A stretch of 55,532 nt of DNA from Octopus bimaculoides (lineage: Eukaryota): NCBI RefSeq assembly GCF_001194135.2, contig NC_068993.1:39477436-39532967 (forward strand), read 5' to 3'. The notes under the pieces were generated by a model. That model was not told where the DNA came from and made no database searches. It was given only the letters and a program-made list of their open reading frames with translations. Of the stretch, positions 23,136-35,619 are shown piece after piece. The translations under genes were made by a program, and so were the position numbers. How positions within the stretch are numbered: position 1 is the stretch's first letter; every line of letters begins with the position of its first letter.

Positions 23136-25589
23136 GAACGAATCCAAGAATAGCTGGATTAGTTTCGATTGGTTGTTACTATCTTATCAAGACTGTCTAT
23201 TAATGCTCGTCCTACTTTCACATGGACCTCCAGGTTACTTCCTCTCTCTCTCCTCCTCGCTGTCTGTCTGTCTCTGTCTTCGACTGTCTTTCTCTCTCTG
23301 TGTGCCTTCAACTTTCTCTCTTTCTTTCTCTCACTCTATAGAATACACAGAAGGATTAATCTCAGGTGAAAGAAACCAATTAATTAATCCATTGGAATAT
23401 GTAGCAGTATTCAGATATAAAAGCAACAACCACTTGAAATATAAAAGAAAGATTAGAATCCTATCAAGCATTGCAGTGCCATACTCATTTTACATTTATA
23501 CCATATTCTCCTCTAATAATAAATACAATACAAGACACCAGATAAACTTAACCAAAAGTAAATCACAGTAAATCCTCTTTCTCTAATCCACAGAGCAGCT
23601 TTCAGTAATATAGGCACAATACATCTAAAGCCAAATACGCTTATTTTTTTAAATTTGAAAGAAAAGAGAAGGGTGCTTGGGAAATCCCCTGCAGTAAAGA
23701 ATATCACATTCCCTTGTTCTATTATTCTCCTTTGTTACGAATTTAGAATAGAAATACTATATTCTGCTTCATATTTTTCATATATTTTCCAGCAATATAT
23801 GATCTCTACGCTTAAAAGATATAAATAAATACCAGTCTCTTTCATTATAAAGAAGTGTGAAATTTCATTAAAGATGAACAACATTTTTTTTATTCTTTGA
23901 TAAATGTTTTAGTTTTAATATTAAATGATATGGAATTTATGCTCCAAATTATAATTTAGTTGTTTTTATATTTGTCCTTTTTATTTTTTATTTTTGTCTT
24001 GACTTTACAAAGCAAATAACGTGAGTCCCCAGAGAATGTTTACTTCTGGTTTAAGTTCAGAAATCTTTCAAGAATTTTTATTTTATTTTATTTTATTTTA
24101 CTTTATTATATTTTGCCTCAACAATTCACGCTAACAAAGAAACAGAAAAAAAATACAAAAAAGTAAACAACAACTGAATCTGTAATTTTCTTTGTTGTTA
24201 TTCTCGTTGTTATTATTATTGTTTTCTTTGCTTTTCTTTGAAACACTGAAAAAACAAAAAACATTACCAAAAAATTCCCTGAAGGATACCATAAGTAGTT
24301 TTTATGGCCTCAGATTATTTCCTTCCAACTCAAATTTAAATACACCAGTGACATTCCATTGTGGACACGACCGATGAATTTTTCATACAAATTTCCACAA
24401 CAAAAGAAACACAATGTTATAAAATTATGCAATAATTACCGAGTCTTGGGAAATAATCTCCCAAGTGATGAATTCAGTCGAAATCGTTATAATCGCTATA
24501 GAAATTAGTCATGAGAAATAAACTGAACATAAAGAACCAGGTTTAACTGTGTGTATTTTTGCTCCCATTCTTTAGTAACTGCTATGACAATTGGTACTTC
24601 TGGCAGTTTCTAATCTGGTGTGGAACAGTAATCTATTAATGTTTGTAATGTTGGTTTATTTTAATGTCTTGGTATGTTGGTGATATTAGTGAAATTATTA
24701 AATGCTGTAATATTGTGACTCTAAACAACACAGTCCCATTTTCTACAACAATGAAGACCAAGCTATAGAAATAGTTCTTTTTATATTTCTTAGACATATT
24801 ATAAACGTTTTGATGTCATGTACAGGTTTCTTTCTTTTTAGAGCTTTGTAAGTTTGAAATAAACCGAATTATCTTTTGTATGCATGTGAATGTATTTTTT
24901 TTTTTATCTCCGGGCAAAAAAGAGTACCAGTTGTGTGATGTATGAATGGGTACGAGTGTCAGTTAAGTGTCGTCTCCAGAAAACGATTGGGATTCAATAG
25001 AGTGAGATATAACCAAGTGTGTCATCCGAAGTATTCGCATTGTTATGCACAGCGCAGTACTGTGGTCTGTGAGAATGTCCCGTGGTGCCAAACACTTACC
25101 TCTAGCACAGTAACTTGAGGATTTTTTCTTTCTCAATCTAACTCTTTCTATTAAGCTATGAGCATTTATTCCATTGTTCACATAGAAGGTAAAAGAGGTG
25201 AAATAAATAAAGACGAATCGTTACATAACGAACTTGCAGTGGTGAGCATTGAAACAATTATATTAGAGTTGTTGTTATGACCATAGAGAGAGAAAACTAT
25301 TGGTTGTTAAGTGGGTAAGCTCCAGAGAAAGTCAGCTGTCTACTTGTTGCTGGAGGCATTCTAAACCAGCATAGAACAACATCACAAGGGTTTTCTAGCC
25401 GTCTGACATGAAATGTGACGTGCATAAATTCGCTCCTAGACACTTACTCGGAAGGTCTTCTAAGTGTAGAACATTGTATAAGAAACAGACTGTGTTATGA
25501 GATAGTGAACAGAACATTATATATTATAAACAACGAAAATTGAATTCGGAGTAATGGCATAATTGTTAGAGAGAAGAGCAAATACAATA

Positions 25590-25640
<51 letters not shown>

Positions 25641-26864
25641 NNNNNNNNNNNNNNNNNNNNNNNNNNNNNNNNNNNNNNNNNNNNNNNNNNNNNNNNNNNN
25701 NNNNNNNNNNNNNNNNNNNNNNNNNNNNNNNNNNNNNNNNNNNNNNNNNNNNNNNNNNNNNNNNNNNNNNNNNNNNNNNNNNNNNNNNNNNNNNNNNNNN
25801 NNNNNNNNNNNNNNNNNNNNNNNNNNNNNNNNNNNNNNNNNNNNNNNNNNNNNNNNNNNNNNNNNNNNNNNNNNNNNNNNNNNNNNNNNNNNNNNNNNNN
25901 NNNNNNNNNNNNNNNNNNNNNNNNNNNNNNNNNNNNNNNNNNNNNNNNNNNNNNNNNNNNNNNNNNNNNNNNNNNNNNNNNNNNNNNNNNNNNNNNNNNN
26001 NNNNNNNNNNNNNNNNNNNNNNNNNNNNNNNNNNNNNNNNNNNNNNNNNNNNNNNNNNNNNNNNNNNNNNNNNNNNNNNNNNNNNNNNNNNNNNNNNNNN
26101 NNNNNNNNNNNNNNNNNNNNNNNNNNNNNNNNNNNNNNNNNNNNNNNNNNNNNNNNNNNNNNNNNNNNNNNNNNNNNNNNNNNNNNNNNNNNNNNNNNNN
26201 NNNNNNNNNNNNNNNNNNNNNNNNNNNNNNNNNNNNNNNNNNNNNNNNNNNNNNNNNNNNNNNNNNNNNNNNNNNNNNNNNNNNNNNNNNNNNNNNNNNN
26301 NNNNNNNNNNNNNNNNNNNNNNNNNNNNNNNNNNNNNNNNNNNNNNNNNNNNNNNNNNNNNNNNNNNNNNNNNNNNNNNNNNNNNNNNNNNNNNNNNNNN
26401 NNNNNNNNNNNNNNNNNNNNNNNNNNNNNNNNNNNNNNNNNNNNNNNNNNNNNNNNNNNNNNNNNNNNNNNNNNNNNNNNNNNNNNNNNNNNNNNNNNNA
26501 TATATATATATATATACACACGCATGCACACCTATATACATATATAAATATTCACAATTGATAAATATTTATCAAGCAGTAAGAGAACCAGTTTCTTTAA
26601 GGAACAGACATGTGTATGAAATTTATTAAAATAAGAAATATGAGTTGTGGTGTTTATGGCTTTCCTAATGACAGTATTAGAGTCAGTAAAATCTCTGTAA
26701 CCGAAGACAAAACATGAGTCCTAGACATTTTATTTTTTACAGAATTATCATTTCAATGTTTGTCAATTTATACATGTATACATTCATAAATGCATACCTA
26801 GACATACACATTCGCACATGTATACATTCATGCAGAGAAACATGCATTTATATGGAGATATGTA

Positions 26865-27946
26865 TTGGGTCATCCCATAAATAATATGTTTTTTTCAATT
26901 GCATGAACTAAATGCCGGAGAGGGACGGGATAAACTATTTTTATCAACTTGCGATAAAAGCAGGCAGTAATTTTACCTTGTGCTTATTCTTAGTGCAAGT
27001 TTTGTAGAGTGCAGTTCGATTTTAATAATTATTTTTTTGAAAGCTAAAATGGAAGTGACAAAGGAGCATGTGCGGCATATTTTACTTTATGAGTTCAATA
27101 AAGGCAACAACGCAACGGAAAGTGCGAGAAATATTTAGGTAGTATACGGGGATCAGACAATAAGCGTAACACAGTGTCAACAGTAGTTCCAGAAATTTCG
27201 AGCCGGAAACTACAGTCTAGAAGACGAGCCTCGTCCTGCAAGATTTGTAGCGCTCGACGAGGAAGTCCTGCACACCTTGGTGGAACAAAATTCCATCGTA
27301 ACTGATGAGAAGCTGGCAGAGAAGCTTGGATTTGGTCATCCAACCATTCATCGACACCTGCGCCTAAAGAAAAACGACCATTTTTGGTTTCAAGACGANN
27401 NNNNNNNNNNNNNNNNNNNNNNNNNNNNNNNNNNNNNNNNNNNNNNNNNNNNNNNNNNNNNNNNNNNNNNNNNNNNNNNNNNNNNNNNNNNNNNNNNNNN
27501 NNNNNNNNNNNNNNNNNNNNNNNNNNNNNNNNNNNNNNNNNNNNNNNNNNNNNNNNNNNNNNNNNNNNNNNNNNNNNNNNNNNNNNNNNNNNNNNNNNNN
27601 NNNNNNNNNNNNNNNNNNNNNNNNNNNNNNNNNNNNNNNNNNNNNNNNNNNNNNNNNNNNNNNNNNNNNNNNNNNNNNNNNNNNNNNNNNNNNNNNNNNN
27701 NNNNNNNNNNNNNNNNNNNNNNNNNNNNNNNNNNNNTAGACGAGGTCAGAACAGTACTGGAGGAGTATTTTTCATGACGAGCAAGTGGATTTTGGAAGTA
27801 GGGCCTTGCAAATCTACCAGATAGATGGAAGAGCATAATGAAAAATGAAAGAGAGCATATTTTAGATTAAAAAAGAACTTTGTCTATCTTAATTTTGAAG
27901 AATAAAAGAAGTATAAAAAAGCCACATTGTTTATGGGATGACCAAA
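26865..27946 (+). mobile_element. Tc1/mariner (mariner-type) element with defective transposase, both TIRs and TA flanks; centre in a gap
   Basis: TIRs ttgggtcatcccataaataa and ttatgggatgaccaaa with TA outside. ATG at 27049 gives MEVTKEHVRHILLYEFNKGNNATESARNI*...F.KFRAGNYSLEDEPR...LAEKLGFGHPTIHRHL (two HTH). After the gap: DEVRTVLEEYFS*...LPDRWKSIM. In-frame stops present. Confidence 0.93.
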
Positions 27947-28404
27947 TATATAGGCTTGTGTGAGTGAGTTTGCCTCTCTAGTAACGATTAAAGCATATAG
28001 TTGGGTGGGTTCCGTAAACACTACTTTATTGCAGTCATTCAGGATAGGTCTTTCGCTTGAAGTTAACTTACACCCGATCCCTCAGGTCTCGGAGATCCTT
28101 TAAAAGGTCAGACACACTAATTGTACAAACTGTAGACGATATCACATTAGAATTATTTTGGGTGCCAGATTGTCATGTTTACTTAATTTTGCCACTCTGC
28201 ATTCTAAGTTTAAATCGTGGCAAGTTTGACACACCTGAAATGAATGTCTTCTGTGCTACTCAAGGGAAATAAACAGATGATATGTGACAAATACTATATG
28301 TGTGTGTATCTGTGTATAGACACACACGCACATACACGCGCGCGCACACACACACATACACGCGCGCGCACACACACACAAGTGTGCATACATACATAAA
28401 TACA

Positions 28405-28900
28405 TGCGCCTATGTGGTAAGAATCTTCTTTTTCAACTACATGGTTCCGGGTTCAAGCCCACTGCGTAGCACCTTAAGCAAGTGCGATTTACTATAACCC
28501 AAAGCCTACTGAGTGGATTTAGTTGACAGAAATTGAAAGCTAGTCGTACACACTCACACACACACACACACACACACTCACACATACACATTCACACATA
28601 TATATATATAAATACACACACAAATATATATATATATATACACACACACACAGACACACGCGTACACACACAAACACAAACACACACGAGCACACACATA
28701 CCTACCTATACGTATGCCTGATTTTGTCTGTTTGTCTCCGACCACTACCCGATTTTGGTGTTTACCTAGCGGTTCGGCACAAGAGTCCAATAGAATAAGT
28801 AAAAAAAAAAAAAGTACTGGGTTTGATACGCTCGATTAAAATTCCTCAAGGTGGCGTCTCAGTATGACTGCTATCTAATGACAGAAACAAGTAAAAGATA
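28405..28900 (+). mobile_element. SINE family B with expanded CA-rich centre
   Basis: Head atggttccgggttcaagcccactgcg, about 190-bp CA/TA tract, tail cggttcggcac...tagaataagt...gactgctatctaatgacagaaacaagtaaaag. Confidence 0.8.
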
Positions 28901-28921
28901 GAAGATATATTTATATATCTG

Positions 28922-29072
28922 TCGGACTTTTATTTTTCATCTACCAAATCCACTCCCAAGTATTTGGTCAATCCGGGTCTATGGCAGAAGATAATTGTCC
29001 AAAGTGCTATGCAGGGAAACTGAACCCGGAATTATGTAGTTGAGAAGCAAGTTTCTTACCACACAGCTACGC
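28922..29072 (-). mobile_element. SINE family B 5' half
   Basis: The minus strand reads gtagctgtgtggtaagaaacttgcttctcaactacataattccgggttcag...gagtggatttggtagatg. Confidence 0.8.
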
Positions 29073-30031
29073 ATATAAGGACCTGTGTATCCAGAGTTGT
29101 GTCAGTAGAATATCGTATAACTTCGTCAGAGCCTTAACATGAAGTGTTTCATCACTGAAGAAAGCATATAAGTATATAGTATATATGGTGCTCCAGCATG
29201 GAGTTACACGCTTACACATACATAAAGGACACATATTACATAGNNNNNNNNNNNNNNNNNNNNNNNNNNNNNNNNNNNNNNNNNNNNNNNNNNNNNNNNN
29301 NNNNNNNNNNNNNNNNNNNNNNNNNNNNNNNNNNNNNNNNNNNNNNNNNNNNNNNNNNNNNNNNNNNNNNNNNNNNNNNNNNNNNNNNNNNNNNNNNNNN
29401 NNNNNNNNNNNNNNNNNNNNNNNNNNNNNNNNNNNNNNNNNNNNNNNNNNNNNNNNNNNNNNNNNNNNNNNNNNNNNNNNNNNNNNNNNNNNNNNNNNNN
29501 NNNNNNNNNNNNNNNNNNNNNNNNNNNNNNNNNNNNNNNNNNNNNNNNNNNNNNNNNNNNNNNNNNNNNNNNNNNNNNNNNNNNNNNNNNNNNNNNNNNN
29601 NNNNNNNNNNNNNNNNNNNNNNNNNNNNNNNNNNNNNNNNNNNNNNNNNNNNNNNNNNNNNNNNNNNNNNNNNNNNNNNNNNNNNNNNNNNNNNNNNNNN
29701 NNNNNNNNNNNNNNNNNNNNNNNNNNNNNNNNNNNNNNNNNNNNNNNNATTTCTTAGAACAATATCATACAAAACTTGCTAAGATTAATTAGTATTTTTT
29801 AAAACACACTTATTGCACACGATGCAACAAATAAATAGATAAATAAATAAGTAAATAAATAAGAGAAATTAATCCGAATTTACGAGGGTTAAACTGAAGC
29901 AGACAATTTGAAAATTAACACCAATATTCTAAAATGGAACACTGTACTTCTACAAGTGTTTCACGGCTTCGGTAAATAAAGTAACGAATGAGTGGATTTC
30001 ATTCATAGCTACTTCAACAATAAATTCCTAA

Positions 30032-30082
30032 AGCTTTCCTGATGACGTCTGATAAGACTGAAACATTCGCATGTCAAGAGCT
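30032..30082 (+). ncRNA. Type I hammerhead ribozyme motif, slightly decayed
   Basis: CUGAUGA 30039-45; stem II GTCT/AGAC with GATA loop; GAAA 30060-63; stem III ACAT/ATGT with TCGC loop; GUC triplet 30073-75; stem I AGCTTT/AAGAGCT with 6 pairs. Two core-adjacent mismatches (C30038-A30076, C30046-T30059). Confidence 0.75.
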
Positions 30083-30384
30083 GTCACCCGCACTTAATCA
30101 CATAATTAATTGAGATAATACTCTCGTTTCATCACTTCATATTTTGTTTTATCTATTATTGCATTATCTCTGCTCTGAAGGCGTTGAAATGTTAGAGACA
30201 TTAGAAGATCGTACAGGATAATAAATACCCTGCGGTATTCGTTACAGCTCTCTGTAACATGAGCCAAAAGCCCCTTTAAAGGTCAATAAATAAAGTGCAA
30301 GTTCAATAATGGGGTAGATTCTACTCTCTATTACACCCTCTCTCTGTTTCTTCCCTCTCTTTCTTTCTTCCATCTCACTTTCTC

Positions 30385-30418
<34 letters not shown>

Positions 30419-30712
30419 ATTAATCAATCTATTGATTTATTTTTGATTTTTTGAAAGAAATCAGCCGTGGTCAGTACTAGAGTTTGATGGGTTCCATCAA
30501 ATTTAATTTCTTAAGATGTGCCATATATTTGGACGCTCCCGACCTGCAACCAATATCTTGACCAAAGATTGATGAATCAAGACGAGACACTACTAAAATA
30601 GCTTTAGAATCTAAATTTCAAGTATATGCCATTAAAATGGCTCTCTGTTTTTACATTCAGTTGATTTTCATGTATATACTTAGAAAGATTCATACGTTCA
30701 TATATATATATG

Positions 30713-30749
<37 letters not shown>

Positions 30750-31014
30750 NNNNNNNNNNNNNNNNNNNNNNNNNNNNNNNNNNNNNNNNNNNNNNNNNNN
30801 NNNNNNNNNNNNNNNNNNNNNNNNNNNNNNNNNNNNNNNNNNNNNNNNNNNNNNNNNNNNNNNNNNNNNNNNNNNNNNNNNNNNNNNNNNNNNNNNNNNN
30901 NNNNNNNNNNNNNNNNNNNNNNNNNNNNNNNNNNNNNNNNNNNNNNNNNATATTTACAATTTATATATATATATGCATATATACATACACATATGTACAT
31001 ATATATATAGAAAC

Positions 31015-31262
31015 AGGGGAGTGTCTGTGTGTTTCTTTATATCTGTGTTTTTTCACGCCACCGCTTGAAACTGTTGTTGATGTCTCTGCGTCCCCATAAG
31101 CTAGCGGGTCGGCAAAAGACACCGATGGAATAAGCACCATGCTTTAAAAAAATAAAAGTAGATAATGAGTGCTGGGGTCGATTAGTTCCAGTAAAATTTC
31201 CTGAAGGTTGTGCCCCAGCATGACCGCAGTCTAATGATTGAAACACGCAAAAGATAAAGGAT
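31015..31262 (+). mobile_element. SINE family B 3' half
   Basis: gcgtccccataagctagcgggtcggcaaaagacaccgat...ctggggtcgatt...ccagcatgaccgcagtc. Confidence 0.8.
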
Positions 31263-32104
31263 ATAAATGATATGTAGATCCAATAAGGAAAAAAAAAACG
31301 ATTTGTTTTACACGTAAATCAAAATGAATCTTAAAAATTTAAGAAATTCATAATAGTAATTCTAAAATGTCTATAAATTGAATCTGTCACATTTTTCTCT
31401 CTTTTTGTTATTATCAATTAACCCTAGTGCGATTAAGGTGAGTTCTTTAGTTTATCTAGGGCTTGGAAAAAATCCTATTATATCTGAAGCAAGCTATTCT
31501 ATTTATAAATTAATTAGCGTAATATTATGTCTAGTATGTCAGCATTGCAGTATGGTTATAACGACAAACTGTGAAAAACAAACTATGTGTATTGTTGAAG
31601 TGCGAAAGCCTTGCTTCATTGCATGGAACAACGACTAGGTTTTTGTTAGTATTACCTTCTTTTATGTCTTCCATAAACTCAGATTTGCTCTGTTGAGCAG
31701 GTATTATATTTTTTCTTCAAGAAATATCTATTTTCTGTCCCATATTACAAATGTGATTCATGATGTAGCAAGTGAATACAAATAAATAGGAATCGAAAAG
31801 AATAAGGAATACGTGTTAAATAAGTGAATAAATGAATAAAATATGAAAAACAGAGAAAAAAAATACAAAAGGAAGAAGAAAGAATTTAAAAATGAATAAG
31901 AAGCCTTGTTCGACGCTATTATTGTCTACCTTTATACAGACTTAGAAATAATACCGAAGTAGACACATATTCACTCATATATAACCACACGCACTCGCAC
32001 ACGCACGTACATGAACATACTCATATATATGTTTGCACACCACATCCACTCATACGTAACGTCCCCTATGTGTGTGTGTGTGTGCGTGTGTGTGTGTATC
32101 GTTA

Positions 32105-32320
32105 TCCATAGTGAGCTGGCAGAATCGCTAGCGTGTCGGACACAATGCTTAGTGTCATTTCTTTCCAATTTTAACGCTCTAAGTTCAATTCCTACCGAAC
32201 TCAAGTTTGCTTTTTATCCATCTGTACGAAAATAAAGTACTAGTCAAGTACTGGTGTCAATATTATCAAATTAACCCTCAAATTACAGGCTTTGTGCCAA
32301 AATTAGTAAGAATTGGTAGG
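32105..32320 (+). mobile_element. SINE family A, degenerate
   Basis: gtgagctggcagaatcgctagcg...aagttcaattcc...aagtactagtcaagtactgg...ggctttgtgcc. Confidence 0.75.
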
Positions 32321-33886
32321 TAAACAGATAAATAAGAAAACGGTGACTATAGAGATGAGTGAGAGATGGTAAAAACAACAGCAGACTTTATAGGATGATG
32401 TAATAAAGCTGATGGACAACTCTTAATGCACACCTAAAGTACAAGGTCCTCAGAATCTAATATATATATTGTTTGTCTAGGTTTCTTTTCATGCTTTTAC
32501 TTAATTATCTAATTACTTGTAGACTATCAATATGTCTCACAATGTATTTAGGTGCATATTTACATTTATGATTATAGTTACATCTGTAATATATAATTAT
32601 TTACATATCACTGTGTATCCATTTTATACACGCATAGACGTATGCATATATAAATGTGTGTATGTATATATATTATAAGTAGCTTATCCTATATTTATAC
32701 TTATTGCTTCGCTTCACTTATTTCTCAATGTCTATATCCATTCTTTCAGTGTTCTGCATTTTTTTTATAAGCAGAAATGTCTCTCACGAATGTAGCACTA
32801 ATTCTCTTGGTCGTCCAATTTTTCTCAATCGATCAATGGGTTAATTGAATAAACCTGTCAATGACGAATCGATAATGACTACTGGAAACAGTTGTAAGTC
32901 AAAATTTGCAGCAATAGGAAAATATGGAATGGCCATTATCTATACCTTGTCTTACATAATACATATATATATAATTTTTCAATTATATATATATACATAT
33001 AAATATACATGCACACACATGCACACACATACACGGACACATACACACACATACATAAGCATGTAAGTGTCAGAGATGTCTAGGCGTGTATCTAATTGCA
33101 TATATATATATATTTATATGTTTATATATATTGGTAGATAGACTGACAAAATGCACACACAAACACAAAAGCACACGCACACACAATTAAAGGTTACAAA
33201 CCTTATTCAGGGATAGCAAAATCCTATGTAAGTACTGGTTAGTTACCTATGCAAAAAATATTGAACATTACATTTAATACTAAACTGCAAGTATGTCAGC
33301 ATTAAACCACGGTTTATTTATATTTATTTATTATAACAAGATGAGAAAATAAAGAGGTAGTTAATAAACTATTATTTATTAATTTAAAAAAATTGACAAA
33401 CATCCCTTATAGATGTTTCAATTCCAGACCTTCAGAAAATTGATTAGTTAACTTATAAATTATATGAAAGTCGAATCTCTTCAGAAGTAGATAAAGATAT
33501 ACAAAATAAGTATTCAATTCCTGCATGTTGAGTAAACGGCTGCAAACCGTTAACTGATAAAATTCATACATAAAGAACAGGAGGAGGTGGAGGTTTGAGA
33601 AAGGGAGTAATACTGGAGTTGTGAAGTAAGAATATAACAATATTTTAATCTGGAGTGTTAAGTATAAGAAAACTCAAGTAGATACATAATTGGTAAAAAT
33701 GTCATATTTTGATATTATGTCTATCCTTATTAAATCAATATAAAATTAGTATGTACAGTTTAATTCGAGTGCGTATTGTTATTAATAGTTAATTAACGTG
33801 GAGGACATTCAGGCAATATAAATATCGAAATATCAAAATAGTTAAGTATTTCGATTATATTATATATAATAATATTATTATATACA

Positions 33887-33924
<38 letters not shown>

Positions 33925-33934
33925 NNNNNNNNNN

Positions 33935-34501
33935 AGACTGTCCTCATTCACCGACCTACCCGTTTAACGACCACTCGGAGTTACGACGAACTTTACGAAC
34001 CGTCATTAAAAAGAAGAAGATAGCAAAGCAAACAACACTGATGGGATTTTTCATGCATTTTGATGTCAAGAACGAGTTGCTTTTGTAATCTTTATCCAAA
34101 GTAAAACAAAGTTATTATGTTTGAACTTCCTTTAAACCTGTTCACTTTTTCCATATAATCCTGAGAAAAGTTTATTAAGTATCTCATGTACTGGGCCTGG
34201 AATCACAAACATACTTACGATGTCTTAGCTACAATAATACAGTATCCATATCCTTACTTTTAAGGTTTTCCTTGTGATAATCTTACTGTTATTTATTCAT
34301 TTTTCAACAATTTATGTTAGTGACTCTTGGCCCTGTACTGCATATACTTTATACAGTACCGTATTCTGCTTTTATATGTACGTACAGTGCACTATAACTA
34401 TATAAAAAAAATACGTACCCTATGATTATTCGTTTAACGACGAATTTGCTTAACGACGGGGCTGTTGGAACGTAACTCGGTCGTTAAACGAGGACAGTCT
34501 G
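33935..34501. mobile_element. Non-autonomous Tigger/pogo-type DNA transposon (MITE)
   Basis: Inverted termini agactgtcctc and gaggacagtctg with TA outside the right end; sub-terminal gtttaacgac repeats at both ends; no ORF. The left end abuts a 10-N gap. Confidence 0.75.
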
Positions 34502-34509
34502 TATATATA

Positions 34510-34747
34510 TACGTTGTGGCGAGAGTCATTGACACCCCTGTGGAATTGGAAGAACCGACTAGCCGAATTCTTATAAAAAGTAGCGTATTGTTAGAGATGC
34601 AGAGAGAGAGAGGTCGTAGGAGCTGTCGAGAGTCCGTGGCAGTCGTAGGAAGTCGTTGAGATCGCTGAGAGTTTGTATTTATTGGAGTATCGTGTTTAGT
34701 AGATTAATTTAAAGTACGTCGTGTGAAGACAGTTGTATCTATCCCCG
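34510..34747 (+). mobile_element. Possible LTR fragment running into a gap
   Basis: GC-richer island starting gttgtgg, with TATAAAAAG followed by a purine-rich R-like segment. The end is not visible. Confidence 0.25.
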
Positions 34748-35575
34748 NNNNNNNNNNNNNNNNNNNNNNNNNNNNNNNNNNNNNNNNNNNNNNNNNNNNN
34801 NNNNNNNNNNNNNNNNNNNNNNNNNNNNNNNNNNNNNNNNNNNNNNNNNNNNNNNNNNNNNNNNNNNNNNNNNNNNNNNNNNNNNNNNNNNNNNNNNNNN
34901 NNNNNNNNNNNNNNNNNNNNNNNNNNNNNNNNNNNNNNNNNNNNNNNNNNNNNNNNNNNNNNNNNNNNNNNNNNNNNNNNNNNNNNNNNNNNNNNNNNNN
35001 NNNNNNNNNNNNNNNNNNNNNNNNNNNNNNNNNNNNNNNNNNNNNNNNNNNNNNNNNNNNNNNNNNNNNNNNNNNNNNNNNNNNNNNNNNNNNNNNNNNN
35101 NNNNNNNNNNNNNNNNNNNNNNNNNNNNNNNNNNNNNNNNNNNNNNNNNNNNNNNNNNNNNNNNNNNNNNNNNNNNNNNNNNNNNNNNNNNNNNNNNNNN
35201 NNNNNNNNNNNNNNNNNNNNNNNNNNNNNNNNNNNNNNNNNNNNNNNNNNNNNNNNNNNNNNNNNNNNNNNNNNNNNNNNNNNNNNNNNNNNNNNNNNNN
35301 NNNNNNNNNNNNNNNNNNNNNNNNNNNNNNNNNNNNNNNNNNNNNNNNNNNNNNNNNNNNNNNNNNNNNNNNNNNNNNNNNNNNNNNNNNNNNNNNNNNN
35401 NNNNNNNNNNNNNNNNNNNNNNNNNNNNNNNNNNNNNNNNNNNNNNNNNNNNNNNNNNNNNNNNNNNNNNNNNNNNNNNNNNNNNNNNNNNNNNNNNNNN
35501 NNNNNNNNNNNNNNNNNNNNNNNNNNNNNNNNNNNNNNNNNNNNNNNNNNNNNNNNNNNNNNNNNNNNNNNNNNN

Positions 35576-35619
<44 letters not shown>

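Noticed and set aside
25090-25150. Perfect minus-strand donor AG|GTAAGT at about 25098
   Set aside because: No convincing acceptor or frame upstream; an isolated consensus donor is expected by chance in 55 kb.
24440-30520. Isolated 7-8 bp hairpins (cttggga/tcccaag at about 24446, gttacag/ctgtaac at about 30241, tttgatgg/ccatcaaa at about 30483)
   Set aside because: Stems this short are expected by chance in AT-rich DNA and lack supporting context.
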